DNA of 64,000 nt from Candidatus Iainarchaeum sp. (GTDB taxonomy: Archaea; Iainarchaeota; Iainarchaeia; Iainarchaeales; 1-14-0-10-31-34), in contig JBFMAK010000001.1 in assembly GCA_040755695.1 (NCBI GenBank), positions 384,637-448,636 on the forward strand, written 5' to 3'. A program made the position numbers and the translations under genes. Shown in pieces: positions 36,289 to 46,243 of this stretch; within the stretch, counting starts at the first letter, position 1; every line of letters begins with the position of its first letter. A model generated the notes under the pieces. It had not been told where the DNA came from. It did not search any database and worked only from the letters and a program-made list of their open reading frames with translations.

Positions 36289-36984
36289 TTAAACTGGTTT
36301 ATAACCCAAAATCTTTTTTGCTTTGGAGAGGTCTGCATCTTTTGATGCATCTAAAATTGTGAATGATTCGTACCATAATTTTTTGTTTGTTGTTATTGAT
36401 GCTTCAATGGCTTGCAGTACATTTTCTATTTTTACTTGAATTCCCAGAAATGGCTTGTATTCTCCCCTCTTCCTTGTAGGGCCAATCCTTAGAATTATTA
36501 CCTCAAATTTTTTCATCATACCGTAATTTGCAAGAATCTGTTCCGCAATAACCTTGCTCGTTGAATAAGCAATATCACAGTCCCTGCAATTCAAGTCTTC
36601 GGCTTTAACGTGCTGGGTTACAATTGGGTTTGATTCCTTTATTGGCTTCACGAAAGGGATTCCTTTTTCTATGCCATAATAAGTCGTTGAACTCGTAAAA
36701 ATTAAGCGTTTTATTTTATTTTCCAATGCAGCTTGGGCAACATTAAATGTTCCTTGGCAGTTCACCTGAAAATAATCAGAAAAGGTTTTATCTTCAAATG
36801 GACCCCTTATTGCCGCAAGATGTACAACAATATCACAGCCTTTCATTACCTCATTTAATTCATTATGATTTAAAATGTCTTTTCCTTCAGCCAAATCATA
36901 TTTTACGATTTCATGCTTTCCAGACAAATGATTGACTAATTCGCTTCCAATGAAGCCAGAACTTCCAGTTATAAGGATTTTCAT
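36289..36984 (-). CDS. NAD-dependent epimerase/dehydratase
   Basis: ITGSSGFIG, VHLAA, YSTSK. Confidence 0.9.
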   Translation of the reverse strand: MKILITGSSGFIGSELVNHLSGKHEIVKYDLAEGKDILNHNELNEVMKGCDIVVHLAAIRGPFEDKTFSDYFQVNCQGTFNVAQAALENKIKRLIFTSSTTYYGIEKGIPFVKPIKESNPIVTQHVKAEDLNCRDCDIAYSTSKVIAEQILANYGMMKKFEVIILRIGPTRKRGEYKPFLGIQVKIENVLQAIEASITTNKKLWYESFTILDASKDADLSKAKKILGYKPV

Positions 36985-37052
36985 AGCATCATTTTAATTT
37001 TTTAACAAAACCATTTTTAATTTCTTTCTCGCATTTTGTGTGTGGATTTAAA

Positions 37053-38348
37053 ATGGCTATTGAGATAAGCGAGAGAAGCGCAGTAATCGGAAGGAATTTA
37101 GGAGACATAGAGAAGTACGGAGAGAAAGGAACAGCATACATTGGAAAGGTTGTAATGAGTTCAGGCGAAAGGCCTGTTTTAGGAAGAAAAGTTTTGATGG
37201 ATCTTGCAAGGCCTCATGTGATTTTGATTTGCGGAAAACGCGGTTCGGGAAAATCGTTCAGCATGGCTGTAGTGGTAGAAGAGTTCGCCCGCCAGCCAGA
37301 ACACATAAAAAAGAGAATTTCATGCATTGTGATTGATACTGTGGGAATATTCTGGACTTTAAAGATTGCTAACAGGGAGGACAAAGGCGAATTGTTCAAT
37401 TGGAATTTGGAGCCGCAAGGAACTGAATGCAGGGTTTTAGTTCCTGAGGGAAGGATTTCTTTCTATAAAGAGAAAGGCATTCCTGTTGACGGAAGCTTCA
37501 AGTTAAAGGCCTCAGAATTAGAGGAAGAGGAATGGCTTGCATTATTCAATTTGACGTGGAAGGAAGAGGAAGGAATTCTGCTTTCCCGCGCAGTGAATTT
37601 AATGAAGGAAAAGAAAGGTTCAATGTACGACCTCAAGGATTTAATTGAATTGATTGAAAAGGACACTGAGGCAGAAAAGAAGACAAGGCAGGCAGTAATT
37701 GGAAGAATCAAAGTAGCAAAATCCTGGGGCCTCTTTGATAAGGAAGGCTCAAAAATAAAGGAATTGGCTGAACCCGGAAAAGTAACAGTAATTGATGTGA
37801 GCTCTTACAGGCAGGCTATTGGCTCAGAGGGGGTGAAAGACATTATTGTTGCATTGCTTGCAAAAAAATTGTTTGAGGAGAGAATGCTTTACAGGAAAGA
37901 AGAGGAAGTGAAACTCATAAAAGGAATGAAGAGGGAGTCAGCAATGCCTATTGTGTGGCTCATGATAGATGAAGCCCACATGTTCATGCCCAAAGACGAG
38001 GGCAGCATTGCATTGAAGGCACTGCTTGAATGGGTGAGGGTTGGAAGGCAGCCAGGCCTTTCTCTTTTGCTTGCAACACAAAGGCCTAACAAACTTCACC
38101 CTGACTGCATAAGCCAGTGCGATTTGTTTTTAAGCCATAGATTGACTTCTCAGCCTGACATTGAGGCTGTAAGCCAGCTCAGGCCTTCCTACATGCATCA
38201 GGCCTTCGATAGGTACTTTGAGGAAATGCCGAGGAGCACAGGCTTTGCGTTAATTTTGGATGACAATACAGAGAACCTGTGGATGATTAAAATGAGGCCA
38301 AGGATGTCTTGGGACGGGGGAGTGACAGCAACTGCCTTCACTGAATAA
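37053..38348 (+). CDS. HerA/FtsK-like ATPase (DUF87)
   Basis: PHVILICGKRGSGKS, IDEAH, GRQPGLSLLLATQRP. Confidence 0.88.
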   Translation: MAIEISERSAVIGRNLGDIEKYGEKGTAYIGKVVMSSGERPVLGRKVLMDLARPHVILICGKRGSGKSFSMAVVVEEFARQPEHIKKRISCIVIDTVGIFWTLKIANREDKGELFNWNLEPQGTECRVLVPEGRISFYKEKGIPVDGSFKLKASELEEEEWLALFNLTWKEEEGILLSRAVNLMKEKKGSMYDLKDLIELIEKDTEAEKKTRQAVIGRIKVAKSWGLFDKEGSKIKELAEPGKVTVIDVSSYRQAIGSEGVKDIIVALLAKKLFEERMLYRKEEEVKLIKGMKRESAMPIVWLMIDEAHMFMPKDEGSIALKALLEWVRVGRQPGLSLLLATQRPNKLHPDCISQCDLFLSHRLTSQPDIEAVSQLRPSYMHQAFDRYFEEMPRSTGFALILDDNTENLWMIKMRPRMSWDGGVTATAFTE

Positions 38349-38353
38349 AAAAA

Positions 38354-38638
38354 TTATTTTTTTACAGAATATTTTCCCATTATATATTTTGCTCCAAATT
38401 CACTTACAGAAGCTACTTTTAATGATTTTCCATGGTCTTCAATAAAACCTTTATTTTTTAAGTATTTTAAAATTTTTTTGAATTCAATCTTTTTGTTGTA
38501 TTGTTTCTGCAGCTCTTCAAACCTTATCTTATTTTTAATCAAGTAAATGTTTTTGTAAGAATTCTTTATTATTGATTTGCTGTACATTTCAACTAGAACT
38601 CTGTCTTCAATAGGAATTATCTTATCTTTATTCAACAT
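38354..38638 (-). CDS. Small basic hypothetical protein
   Basis: AT-rich 94 aa ORF with a wHTH-like ending. Confidence 0.5.
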   Translation of the reverse strand: MLNKDKIIPIEDRVLVEMYSKSIIKNSYKNIYLIKNKIRFEELQKQYNKKIEFKKILKYLKNKGFIEDHGKSLKVASVSEFGAKYIMGKYSVKK

Positions 38639-38787
38639 TAGAAACCAACTCTCTTCAAAAAGAACAAGATTAACAAAAATTAATTAAATCTTTTTAACAG
38701 GCAATAAACGAATAAAAAATTAAATAATATTTAATTATACAGCAATTAATATATGTTTATATATCTTTTGCTGTATATTTTCTTTTT

Positions 38788-39264
38788 ATGCGGAGAAGAC
38801 CTATTACAATTGTCTCTTCAATCACTAAATGCCTGGAGGATAATACAGGAGTTGCTTTGCCTCCAACCAAGATTGCACAGCTTAGCGGATTGAATTATCA
38901 GGCATGCAATGCCTATCTGGGCTTAATTAAAAAGATTCAGGAAATGCCAAGAATGGAATCAATAAAAACACACAAAGGGGAAATGTTCAAAATAGAAATG
39001 ACTGCCCTCCCTCTAAAAGAGCAGAAAGCAATATTGAAAGAAGAATTCAATATGAACTATTCAAAAACAGACGAAATATACATTGCATTGCTGGAAGAAA
39101 ATGCGTTTAGCCCCAAAACAGCTGTTAAAGCAAAAATGAACCCAATAATAAAGAAGGGATTAAAATTCAAGCACTTGAAGCAAACAAAAGACAAAAAAGT
39201 TTACTTGACTAAAACAGGAAGGATAATTGCAAAGGGAGCAAAGGAATTGTTTTCTGAAAATTAA
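38788..39264 (+). CDS. Hypothetical protein with HTH-like segments
   Basis: PTKIAQLSGLNY...YL; VYLTKTGR. Confidence 0.6.
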   Translation: MRRRPITIVSSITKCLEDNTGVALPPTKIAQLSGLNYQACNAYLGLIKKIQEMPRMESIKTHKGEMFKIEMTALPLKEQKAILKEEFNMNYSKTDEIYIALLEENAFSPKTAVKAKMNPIIKKGLKFKHLKQTKDKKVYLTKTGRIIAKGAKELFSEN

Positions 39265-39287
39265 TTTTCTGGAATCTTTTTTGAAGC

Positions 39288-39977
39288 TTATTCTTCGCTG
39301 TAGTTGCCGTCCATTTGTTTTGCCAGCCTGTCTAGGCGCCTGATGACTGCATTGTCTGCTTCAATCTGCAGTTCCTTCTCCGAGCGCATTGTGATTTTCA
39401 GGACCTCACTTTCAAGCCTGAAATTCCTCTGGTTTGTCTTTGAATCCAGGTAATTAAAAAGCTGCCTGACCTTTGCCTGGGGAACCAAAATGCTTTGAGC
39501 GCTCTTGTCCAAGCCAACCTCTCTTGCAATGTCCTCCAATTTTATTACTCCAACGAATTCAGGCTTAAATGAAATGGAATTAATTGAAAATAAAGGTAGG
39601 GCAGCTTCAATGAAGTCAATTGAATGGTCTAAATTCTTGAATAAATAATTCCTTGAGTTCCTGAAGTTCTCAATGAAGAGGTTTGCCCTCAAGGCTTTCT
39701 CGTCATTAGCCTTCATTGAATCCATTATCTTTGAATAACTGGATTCAAGCTTCTTGTAGAGAGAAAGAATTTTCCTTTCATTTATTTCTTTTATTAGAAC
39801 CTTGCTTAAGGCAGGATTGTCTTCTGCTGATTTCTCCAGTGAAAGCATTTTCTCGTACAAGGAAGAAAGATTCCTGTTCAATTCCTCTGCTGCCCCAAAA
39901 GCATTCAAAACCCTGTGCAGTTCGAGCTCTAACTGCTTTACCTCATTAATTGCCTTTGTTTTATTCTCTTCAGCCAT
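39288..39977 (-). CDS. Hypothetical protein
   Basis: ORF with GGTGGGG upstream of MAEENK. Confidence 0.65.
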   Translation of the reverse strand: MAEENKTKAINEVKQLELELHRVLNAFGAAEELNRNLSSLYEKMLSLEKSAEDNPALSKVLIKEINERKILSLYKKLESSYSKIMDSMKANDEKALRANLFIENFRNSRNYLFKNLDHSIDFIEAALPLFSINSISFKPEFVGVIKLEDIAREVGLDKSAQSILVPQAKVRQLFNYLDSKTNQRNFRLESEVLKITMRSEKELQIEADNAVIRRLDRLAKQMDGNYSEE

Positions 39978-40032
39978 TATGCCCCACCAATAAAAAGAGG
40001 AGAGCAAAAAAATTTAATCCTTCGCTTTTTTT

Positions 40033-42324
40033 TCAGTTTTGGGCCCAGTGAATGTAAATCTTGTTGTCAGCAGAGTAAACCTTATCCAGCCCATAGAATT
40101 CTATTGCCTTCTCTGAAGGCTTGTTGTCCAGAATCTTCTCGTAAATTATGTCAGAATAATTTATCACAAAATCAATCTTGTATTTCTTCAGCACATTGTA
40201 ATCAGAATTCTTGAGGAAATAATAGGCGTCAGCGAGCTTTCCTTCATCTGCGTACTCCACCCATAAATCAGCTAAAACCTTTCTCTGCGAAAAGAATGTA
40301 ACAGAATGCCCAAGCCAGGGGTCTGAAAGAATCCGTGCGTCAGTGGAAGAATTCTCTTTCAAGTAATTGAATGCGCCCAATTCCCTTGAAGATAAAACAA
40401 AATTTGGAATTAAAAGCAGAGAAAGGAATGCGCCGATCAGCATTACTGTAAGGAAAATTCTCCGGTCGAAAATTTTATCTTTTTCTATTACTGCAATTAA
40501 AAAGAAGGCAATTACCACGGCAACAGGCACATCAAATCGCGAGGTAAGAAGGGCCTGCAGAATGAAGCCAACAATAATTCCCAAAAACAATTTGCTCTTA
40601 TAAGAAAAAATGAATTCAGGCTTCCTGTAAAAGGCTATTGCCCCAGAAATAAAAAACACTGCAAAGAAAAAGAGAAGTATTCCGTGAGAGGACAAAACAA
40701 CATTGATTGGATAATTAATCATATAACCCCAGTCCGAAGGCCTTATCTCCACAGGCAGGCCGAAGGCCAGAAGATTCTCAAAGAAGAGCAGGAACACAAT
40801 AATAAAGCCAATAACAAAGGCTTGAATGAGGGGCTTCCACTCGATTTTCCTTGCAAGGAAAACGTAAAGGAAGAAGAAAATTAAAAGCAGAGGGAACTGA
40901 ATGAAAGAGGCAAAGCCCAGGAAGAATCCTGAAAGAAGGAAACTGCGCTTTTTGACCAAACAGGCGAGAGCCACGAAAAGCATTGCCAATGCAATCATGT
41001 GCCTTGGGGTTATGACAGCAAAAGAAAAAATAATTGAACTAGACCAAATCAAAAAGAGTGCAATTGACGCAAGCTTTCTATCAAATTTCAGTGCACTGCA
41101 CAGATAGAAAACAGAAAAAACAAAGAAAATGTTCGAGAGGGCAATAATCAAGGCAAACAAGGGCTGCCCCTGCAGTCCAGTGAGCCAGGACATTCCAGCG
41201 TTTGCCAGGAAATAGCCTGGAATAAAAGCAAAGCCCCTTCCAAGATAACTCAATTCATCAATCTTTGGGATTGAAAAATTTTCTGCTATTGCAGCTGACT
41301 CTCTTTCATAGTAATTGTTATAAAAAGTGAAATGGCTTGGAGTGAAGAAATGGAACATCAAAGAGAAAAAAACCAGGAAGAGGATTGCAAAAACCTCAAC
41401 CAGGTTTAATGAGAAGAATCTCATTTTCCTGCCAAAAGAAAAATTCTTCCTGAAAAAGAATGCAATCAATAAAAGTTCAATTAAAAACAAGACAACAAAA
41501 GAGGTCAGGTTCAGGAAGCCTATTGCATTCAGCGCAAAACCATTGAAGATGAGCAAGATGAGAAAAAAAGCAATTGAAAGAGAAATTTTTTCTGCAAAAT
41601 GAGTCTTGGAGAAAACAAAAAAAGAGAAGACAAACAAAGCAAGCACAATTATAAGCACGCCTGCAACCAAATTCATTGAGGGCTTTGGCTGGAATTCAAT
41701 AGATTTTTCTGCTGTAATGCCATCATAAGAAATTTTAACTGAATTGAGGCCTTCGAAGAGAGCAATTTTCTCCTTAAACTCATTTTTTCCTTCAGGAGGA
41801 ATGAACTGGTGGTCTAAAATCCCATTAACAAAAATCTTTACAGGCATTGCCTGCGTTGAATACTGAGTTAAAGAGAATTCAATTGAATCCTCATTCAAGG
41901 AAATGATTTTTATTTCAGGCGCAAGGCTTCCTGGCAATTCCTTCTTTTCAAGGTGGAAAAAGAGTTTTTCCTGGCCTGCATTGATTTCAATTAGGTTCAT
42001 CCCCTCGTTCAATTCGCCTGAACTGAAGCAGTACTGCATTGATTCTTTTTCCTTGTACAATTCTATTTTGTCTTTTACCATTGTTTTGCTGCCATTAAAG
42101 GCATTCACTTCGATTGTTTTCTTGTTCGGGAAAAACAATGGGTTGAATTCCAAGGCAAAGCAGGCCTGTGAATCTGGAGAGACAATTTTGGTGTAAGAAT
42201 CCAGTGAAACTGACAGCGAAGCTTCCTGGACTGCAAGGGTGTGCCAGTGCTGGGAGGCAATTACTGCCATGAGAAAAAACAGGAAAAGCAGCACAAAGAA
42301 TTTCAGCTCACTGGGCATTCTCAT
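40033..42324 (-). CDS. Multi-TM membrane protein, GT-C glycosyltransferase-like
   Basis: More than 12 TM segments; YLKENS..DARILSD..LGH C-terminal domain. Confidence 0.65.
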   Translation of the reverse strand: MRMPSELKFFVLLFLFFLMAVIASQHWHTLAVQEASLSVSLDSYTKIVSPDSQACFALEFNPLFFPNKKTIEVNAFNGSKTMVKDKIELYKEKESMQYCFSSGELNEGMNLIEINAGQEKLFFHLEKKELPGSLAPEIKIISLNEDSIEFSLTQYSTQAMPVKIFVNGILDHQFIPPEGKNEFKEKIALFEGLNSVKISYDGITAEKSIEFQPKPSMNLVAGVLIIVLALFVFSFFVFSKTHFAEKISLSIAFFLILLIFNGFALNAIGFLNLTSFVVLFLIELLLIAFFFRKNFSFGRKMRFFSLNLVEVFAILFLVFFSLMFHFFTPSHFTFYNNYYERESAAIAENFSIPKIDELSYLGRGFAFIPGYFLANAGMSWLTGLQGQPLFALIIALSNIFFVFSVFYLCSALKFDRKLASIALFLIWSSSIIFSFAVITPRHMIALAMLFVALACLVKKRSFLLSGFFLGFASFIQFPLLLIFFFLYVFLARKIEWKPLIQAFVIGFIIVFLLFFENLLAFGLPVEIRPSDWGYMINYPINVVLSSHGILLFFFAVFFISGAIAFYRKPEFIFSYKSKLFLGIIVGFILQALLTSRFDVPVAVVIAFFLIAVIEKDKIFDRRIFLTVMLIGAFLSLLLIPNFVLSSRELGAFNYLKENSSTDARILSDPWLGHSVTFFSQRKVLADLWVEYADEGKLADAYYFLKNSDYNVLKKYKIDFVINYSDIIYEKILDNKPSEKAIEFYGLDKVYSADNKIYIHWAQN

Positions 42325-42377
42325 AATAGAAATTGCATTCGAGCAGTTTAAAAGCAATACTGGCAGGAAATTATTTA

Positions 42378-43874
42378 ATGGAAACCAAAATAAAAAATTT
42401 GCTGCTGTTAAGCCCGGCTTTCATTGCCCTTCTCCTTATTTCTTTTTCTTTCAGTCCAATCCTTAATCTCGTGTACGGCATTATAAGGGACTTGTACGGG
42501 GGCATTTCCTTGGGCAAAACAATTTTAATATTCCTCTTTTTTATGGTAAACCCAATTATTAGCATTGCATTCATAAAGTCAGGATTGAGCAGGAAAATTC
42601 AAAGAAAAGACAAGATTTTCTTGTGCGTTTTCATCTTGATTGCAGTCATAGGCTTCTGGGCAGGCCTCCAAATGTTCAATGACTTCTCAGTCCAATTCAA
42701 GTCAAAAGGCCCTTTCGCCACAATACTGCCTAATCCAGTTGTAAACTGGGAGGCCTCAAGGCTTACCCACAACCATTTCCCTAAAATTTCAATTTACTAC
42801 CTTGAAAATATTACAGGAATAAATTTAGGCAATAAATTTGATGACGGAAAACCATGGTATGAGCTCTTCCCGAACGCAGATGCCTGGGCAGCATTTTTTT
42901 CTGCAGTGCTTGCACTGCTCTTAATTTTTGGAACCCTGCACTTGAATTCCAGGGCGCATAAAATCAAGGCCTTTGATTACCTTTTGTTTCTGGCTGCAGA
43001 AATAGGATTCATAATTCACATAATAGACGGGGGCATTGCCTCAGGGCTTGATACAATTACAGCCTTCTTTTTCCTGCTCTACATTTCAAGGACTGCAATC
43101 AAATTCAAGGACAAGAGAATTGAATTCATTTTCCCCCTTCTTTCACTCTCCTTCCTTATTTACCCCGCAATTCTTTTCGGTTTTGAGCTGGAGGCTAACG
43201 TAATTGCAACCCCAGTAATTTTAAGCCTGGGCCTCCTTTACTATTTCTTTAAGTCCATCAAGGCAGGCATACTGGAATTCAAGTGGTTTAATGCACTGCT
43301 TTTCCTGCTTTTACTGCTGTCCTTGTATTTAACCCAAATAAATGTAATAAACTTCGGTTACGGCAGGAGCGTATCAGACCTTTCCAAGGAACAGCTGCCT
43401 TCAAGCGCTGCAGAAGGAGGAGGCCTTTATGTTTACGGCCTTCCAAGGGAAATGACATTGCAGGAATTTAATTCAGCAATAAAAAATTACGGTGAAATAA
43501 TTGAATCAGACAAGGTTGGCTGGGTTGCTTATGCAAGAATAAAGCCTTTCAGGCCTTTCAGGACAGGAGAACTGCAAGATTACTTCAACAAAAAATTCCC
43601 TTCGGAAACCTACCTGTACGTTGAAGAAAACATTCCCTTAAACCAGGTTAATTCTTTTACGATTTACTGGTTTGAAGACGTTAATTCACAAAAATTTTTA
43701 GGCAACCAGTTCCTGGGCATAAGCGTTGAAAGCATTAAAGACAACCTTAAAGACAAGACAACAGACATAATAATAAAAGCAAAAACAGACCAGACATGGC
43801 AGATGCTCTCCATCCTCACAGAAATAAGAGAGAAAGGCTTTAACGGCAAAATCCTCCTAGCAAAAAAATCTTAG
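42378..43874 (+). CDS. Multi-TM membrane protein
   Basis: Many hydrophobic helices and a soluble C-terminal domain. Confidence 0.7.
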   Translation: METKIKNLLLLSPAFIALLLISFSFSPILNLVYGIIRDLYGGISLGKTILIFLFFMVNPIISIAFIKSGLSRKIQRKDKIFLCVFILIAVIGFWAGLQMFNDFSVQFKSKGPFATILPNPVVNWEASRLTHNHFPKISIYYLENITGINLGNKFDDGKPWYELFPNADAWAAFFSAVLALLLIFGTLHLNSRAHKIKAFDYLLFLAAEIGFIIHIIDGGIASGLDTITAFFFLLYISRTAIKFKDKRIEFIFPLLSLSFLIYPAILFGFELEANVIATPVILSLGLLYYFFKSIKAGILEFKWFNALLFLLLLLSLYLTQINVINFGYGRSVSDLSKEQLPSSAAEGGGLYVYGLPREMTLQEFNSAIKNYGEIIESDKVGWVAYARIKPFRPFRTGELQDYFNKKFPSETYLYVEENIPLNQVNSFTIYWFEDVNSQKFLGNQFLGISVESIKDNLKDKTTDIIIKAKTDQTWQMLSILTEIREKGFNGKILLAKKS

Positions 43875-43885
43875 AAAAAAATAGT

Positions 43886-43957
43886 TGGGCCCGGCGAGAA
43901 TCGAACTCGCTGCCTACACCGTGTGAAGGTGTCGTCATACCAATAGACCACGGGCCC
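43886..43957 (-). tRNA. tRNA-Val(CAC)
   Basis: GGGCCCG...ACACC-TT CAC AC-GGTGT...GCGAG-TTCGATT-CTCGC-CGGGCCC-A. Confidence 0.94.
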
Positions 43958-43996
43958 CTTCAAGGTAAAATAATTTAAATAAGAAAAATTATTATT

Positions 43997-44584
43997 ATGT
44001 TAAGATTGAATCAAAGGATTGAAATGCACAAAACAAAATATTACACAATAAAACCCAAAAATTTTTTCAGAGAAGCAGAAAAAAGAATCTTGAGATTAGA
44101 AAAAAGGTATACCTCAAGATCAAGACCGCTTGACATTGAAAAAGCTTGGATGAACCCAAAGATTGGGCAAAGAATTTACGCACATTTTGAGAGAAGATTT
44201 TTTGCTGGAGTGCCAGAAAGGAAACTTTTGATTGGATTGCTGGGCAATTATGCTTCAGCACGAATAGAAAACAAGAGAAAAATAATAAAAAACTGCATAA
44301 TAAAACTGTCCGAAACAAAAAGAATTCCTTTAGGAAAGGCAGCAGGGGAATTAATAAGATTATTTAACTTAATTGAAAAAAAACGCCACGAATATGATTC
44401 CTTTCACAAAAACTTAGAGGTAAAAGGAACAAAACCATTAATTGAACCTTCGCTTGGAGATTCTTACGCTCACTGGTCTTTCGGGTTATTTGCAAGAAAC
44501 GGATTAATTTTAATAGAACTTAAAAAAGAATTGGCTAGAATAAAATTCAACGAAGAATTCAGTCGTCGCCGATCATCTTCTTGA
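43997..44584 (+). CDS. Basic hypothetical protein
   Basis: 195 aa K/R-rich ORF. Confidence 0.55.
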   Translation: MLRLNQRIEMHKTKYYTIKPKNFFREAEKRILRLEKRYTSRSRPLDIEKAWMNPKIGQRIYAHFERRFFAGVPERKLLIGLLGNYASARIENKRKIIKNCIIKLSETKRIPLGKAAGELIRLFNLIEKKRHEYDSFHKNLEVKGTKPLIEPSLGDSYAHWSFGLFARNGLILIELKKELARIKFNEEFSRRRSSS

Positions 44585-44940
44585 AGTCAGGCAGCCTTGC
44601 TGTTATTACAACTTCCCCTGAGGCTATGCCTGAAAGCAGGGTGCCATTGATTGTCTCATTGCCTCCGCCGAAGAGGAGCACGTGAAAGTCGCCAGTGAAT
44701 TCCTCTTCTTTTCTCACAAACTTTCCTGAAGCGCCATTCAATGAATACTCTCTCTCAATGTGCTTGCCCCTGTACTCTGAGCCAAGAAAATAGTTTATCT
44801 CAAAGTCTTTTATTTTCCCCTGAGCTCCAATTAATAGGGCGTAATTCACCTTGTTCTCCCCCAAGGCCTTTCCTGAGGCCTGAGACTATTTCCTCTCCGT
44901 CCTCGAAAATTAATTTCAGTTGATTGATTTTCTCCCTCAT
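44559..44940 (-). pseudogene. PPC/DUF296-like protein with +1 frameshift at a G5 run
   Basis: ATG at 44940 gives MREKINQLKLIFEDGEEIVSGL. Removing one G (44858-44862) joins it to GENKVNYALLIGAQG...FHVLL...GTLL. Confidence 0.65.
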
Positions 44941-45007
44941 CGTTTATTGCCCCCCTTAAATTAATAATAAAAGCAAAACAAAAATAAATATTGCGAAAAA
45001 AGCTCTA

Positions 45008-46243
45008 TCAAAGCATGGACAAGATTAGTGAAACAGAGGCAATTATCAGGCCGCCTGAAATGATCCAACACATTATATTCATTTTTGTTCCGTTAACATA
45101 AGGTCCCATCAATTTCTTGTTGTTGATGAGATAGAGCATTAAAATCAATACAATTGGAAGCAGGATTCCGTTCAATACCTGAGACCAGTACATTATTGAA
45201 ATCAAGGGAATGTTTGGAATTAATATCAACCCAGCTCCAACCAAAATCATTGCAGTGAACAAGGAATAGAATTGTGGGGCCTCCCTGATTTTCTTGTTCA
45301 CCCCTGACTCAAAGCCGAAGCCCTCGCAAACATAATAAGCTGTGGCCAAAGGAAGGATTGCAGCAGCAAAAACTGAGGCAGCAAGAAGGCCTAAAGCAAA
45401 CAGGGAAGAAGCATAATTGCCTGCAAGAGGCCCTAAAGCCTTTGCTGCATTCTCTGCTGAATCAATCCTTATTCCATGAGGATGCAGTACAGTTGCAGTC
45501 GTCACAATAATGAAAAGCATTATAATGACAGTAACAATTGAACCCAAAATTACGTCCATTCTAGAGAAATGCAATTCCTCTGGCTTAATGCCTTTCTCTG
45601 CGATTGAGGCCTGAAGATAGAACTGCATCCAAGGCGCAATAGTTGCCCCAATCAATCCTACAATAATCATCAAATAAGAGGAATCAATTTGAATTGATGG
45701 GTTTACTACAGCCTTTCCAACTTCAAGCCAGTCAGGCTGAATCATCAGCCCTGCAATAATATAAGCAAAATAGAATAATACAGCAAAAAGAAATGCCTTC
45801 TCAACATTCTTGTATGTTCCCCTTACAATCAAAAGCCAGACAAATAATGCCCCCAAAGGAACCGCAATAAATTTTGTTATTCCAAACAATTCCGAGGCAG
45901 CAGCAATCCCAGCGAATTCAGCTACAGTATTAGTAAGATTAGTGAAAAACAATGCTGCCATAACAAAAAAAGTTATTCTTAAGCCGAAGTTCTCCCTTAT
46001 CAAATCAGCAAGGCCTTTCCCTGTGACAATGCCCATCCTTGCATTCATTTCCTGGACCACAACAAGAATTACCGCAATAGGAATCATTGTCCACAACAAG
46101 GAGTAACCGAAATGCGCTCCGGCAATGCTGTAAGTCGCAATGCCCCCAGCATCATTGTCCACAGCGCTTGTAATAATTCCAGGGCCCAAAACACCAAAAA
46201 AAATCAGCAATTGAATTTTAAACTTCCTAATTTTTTCAAGCAA
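45008..46243 (-). CDS. NRAMP family divalent metal transporter
   Basis: GPGIIT..DNDAGGIATYS, QEM.AR.GIVTGKGL, GATIAPWMQFY. Confidence 0.92.
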   Translation of the reverse strand: MLEKIRKFKIQLLIFFGVLGPGIITSAVDNDAGGIATYSIAGAHFGYSLLWTMIPIAVILVVVQEMNARMGIVTGKGLADLIRENFGLRITFFVMAALFFTNLTNTVAEFAGIAAASELFGITKFIAVPLGALFVWLLIVRGTYKNVEKAFLFAVLFYFAYIIAGLMIQPDWLEVGKAVVNPSIQIDSSYLMIIVGLIGATIAPWMQFYLQASIAEKGIKPEELHFSRMDVILGSIVTVIIMLFIIVTTATVLHPHGIRIDSAENAAKALGPLAGNYASSLFALGLLAASVFAAAILPLATAYYVCEGFGFESGVNKKIREAPQFYSLFTAMILVGAGLILIPNIPLISIMYWSQVLNGILLPIVLILMLYLINNKKLMGPYVNGTKMNIMCWIISGGLIIASVSLILSML

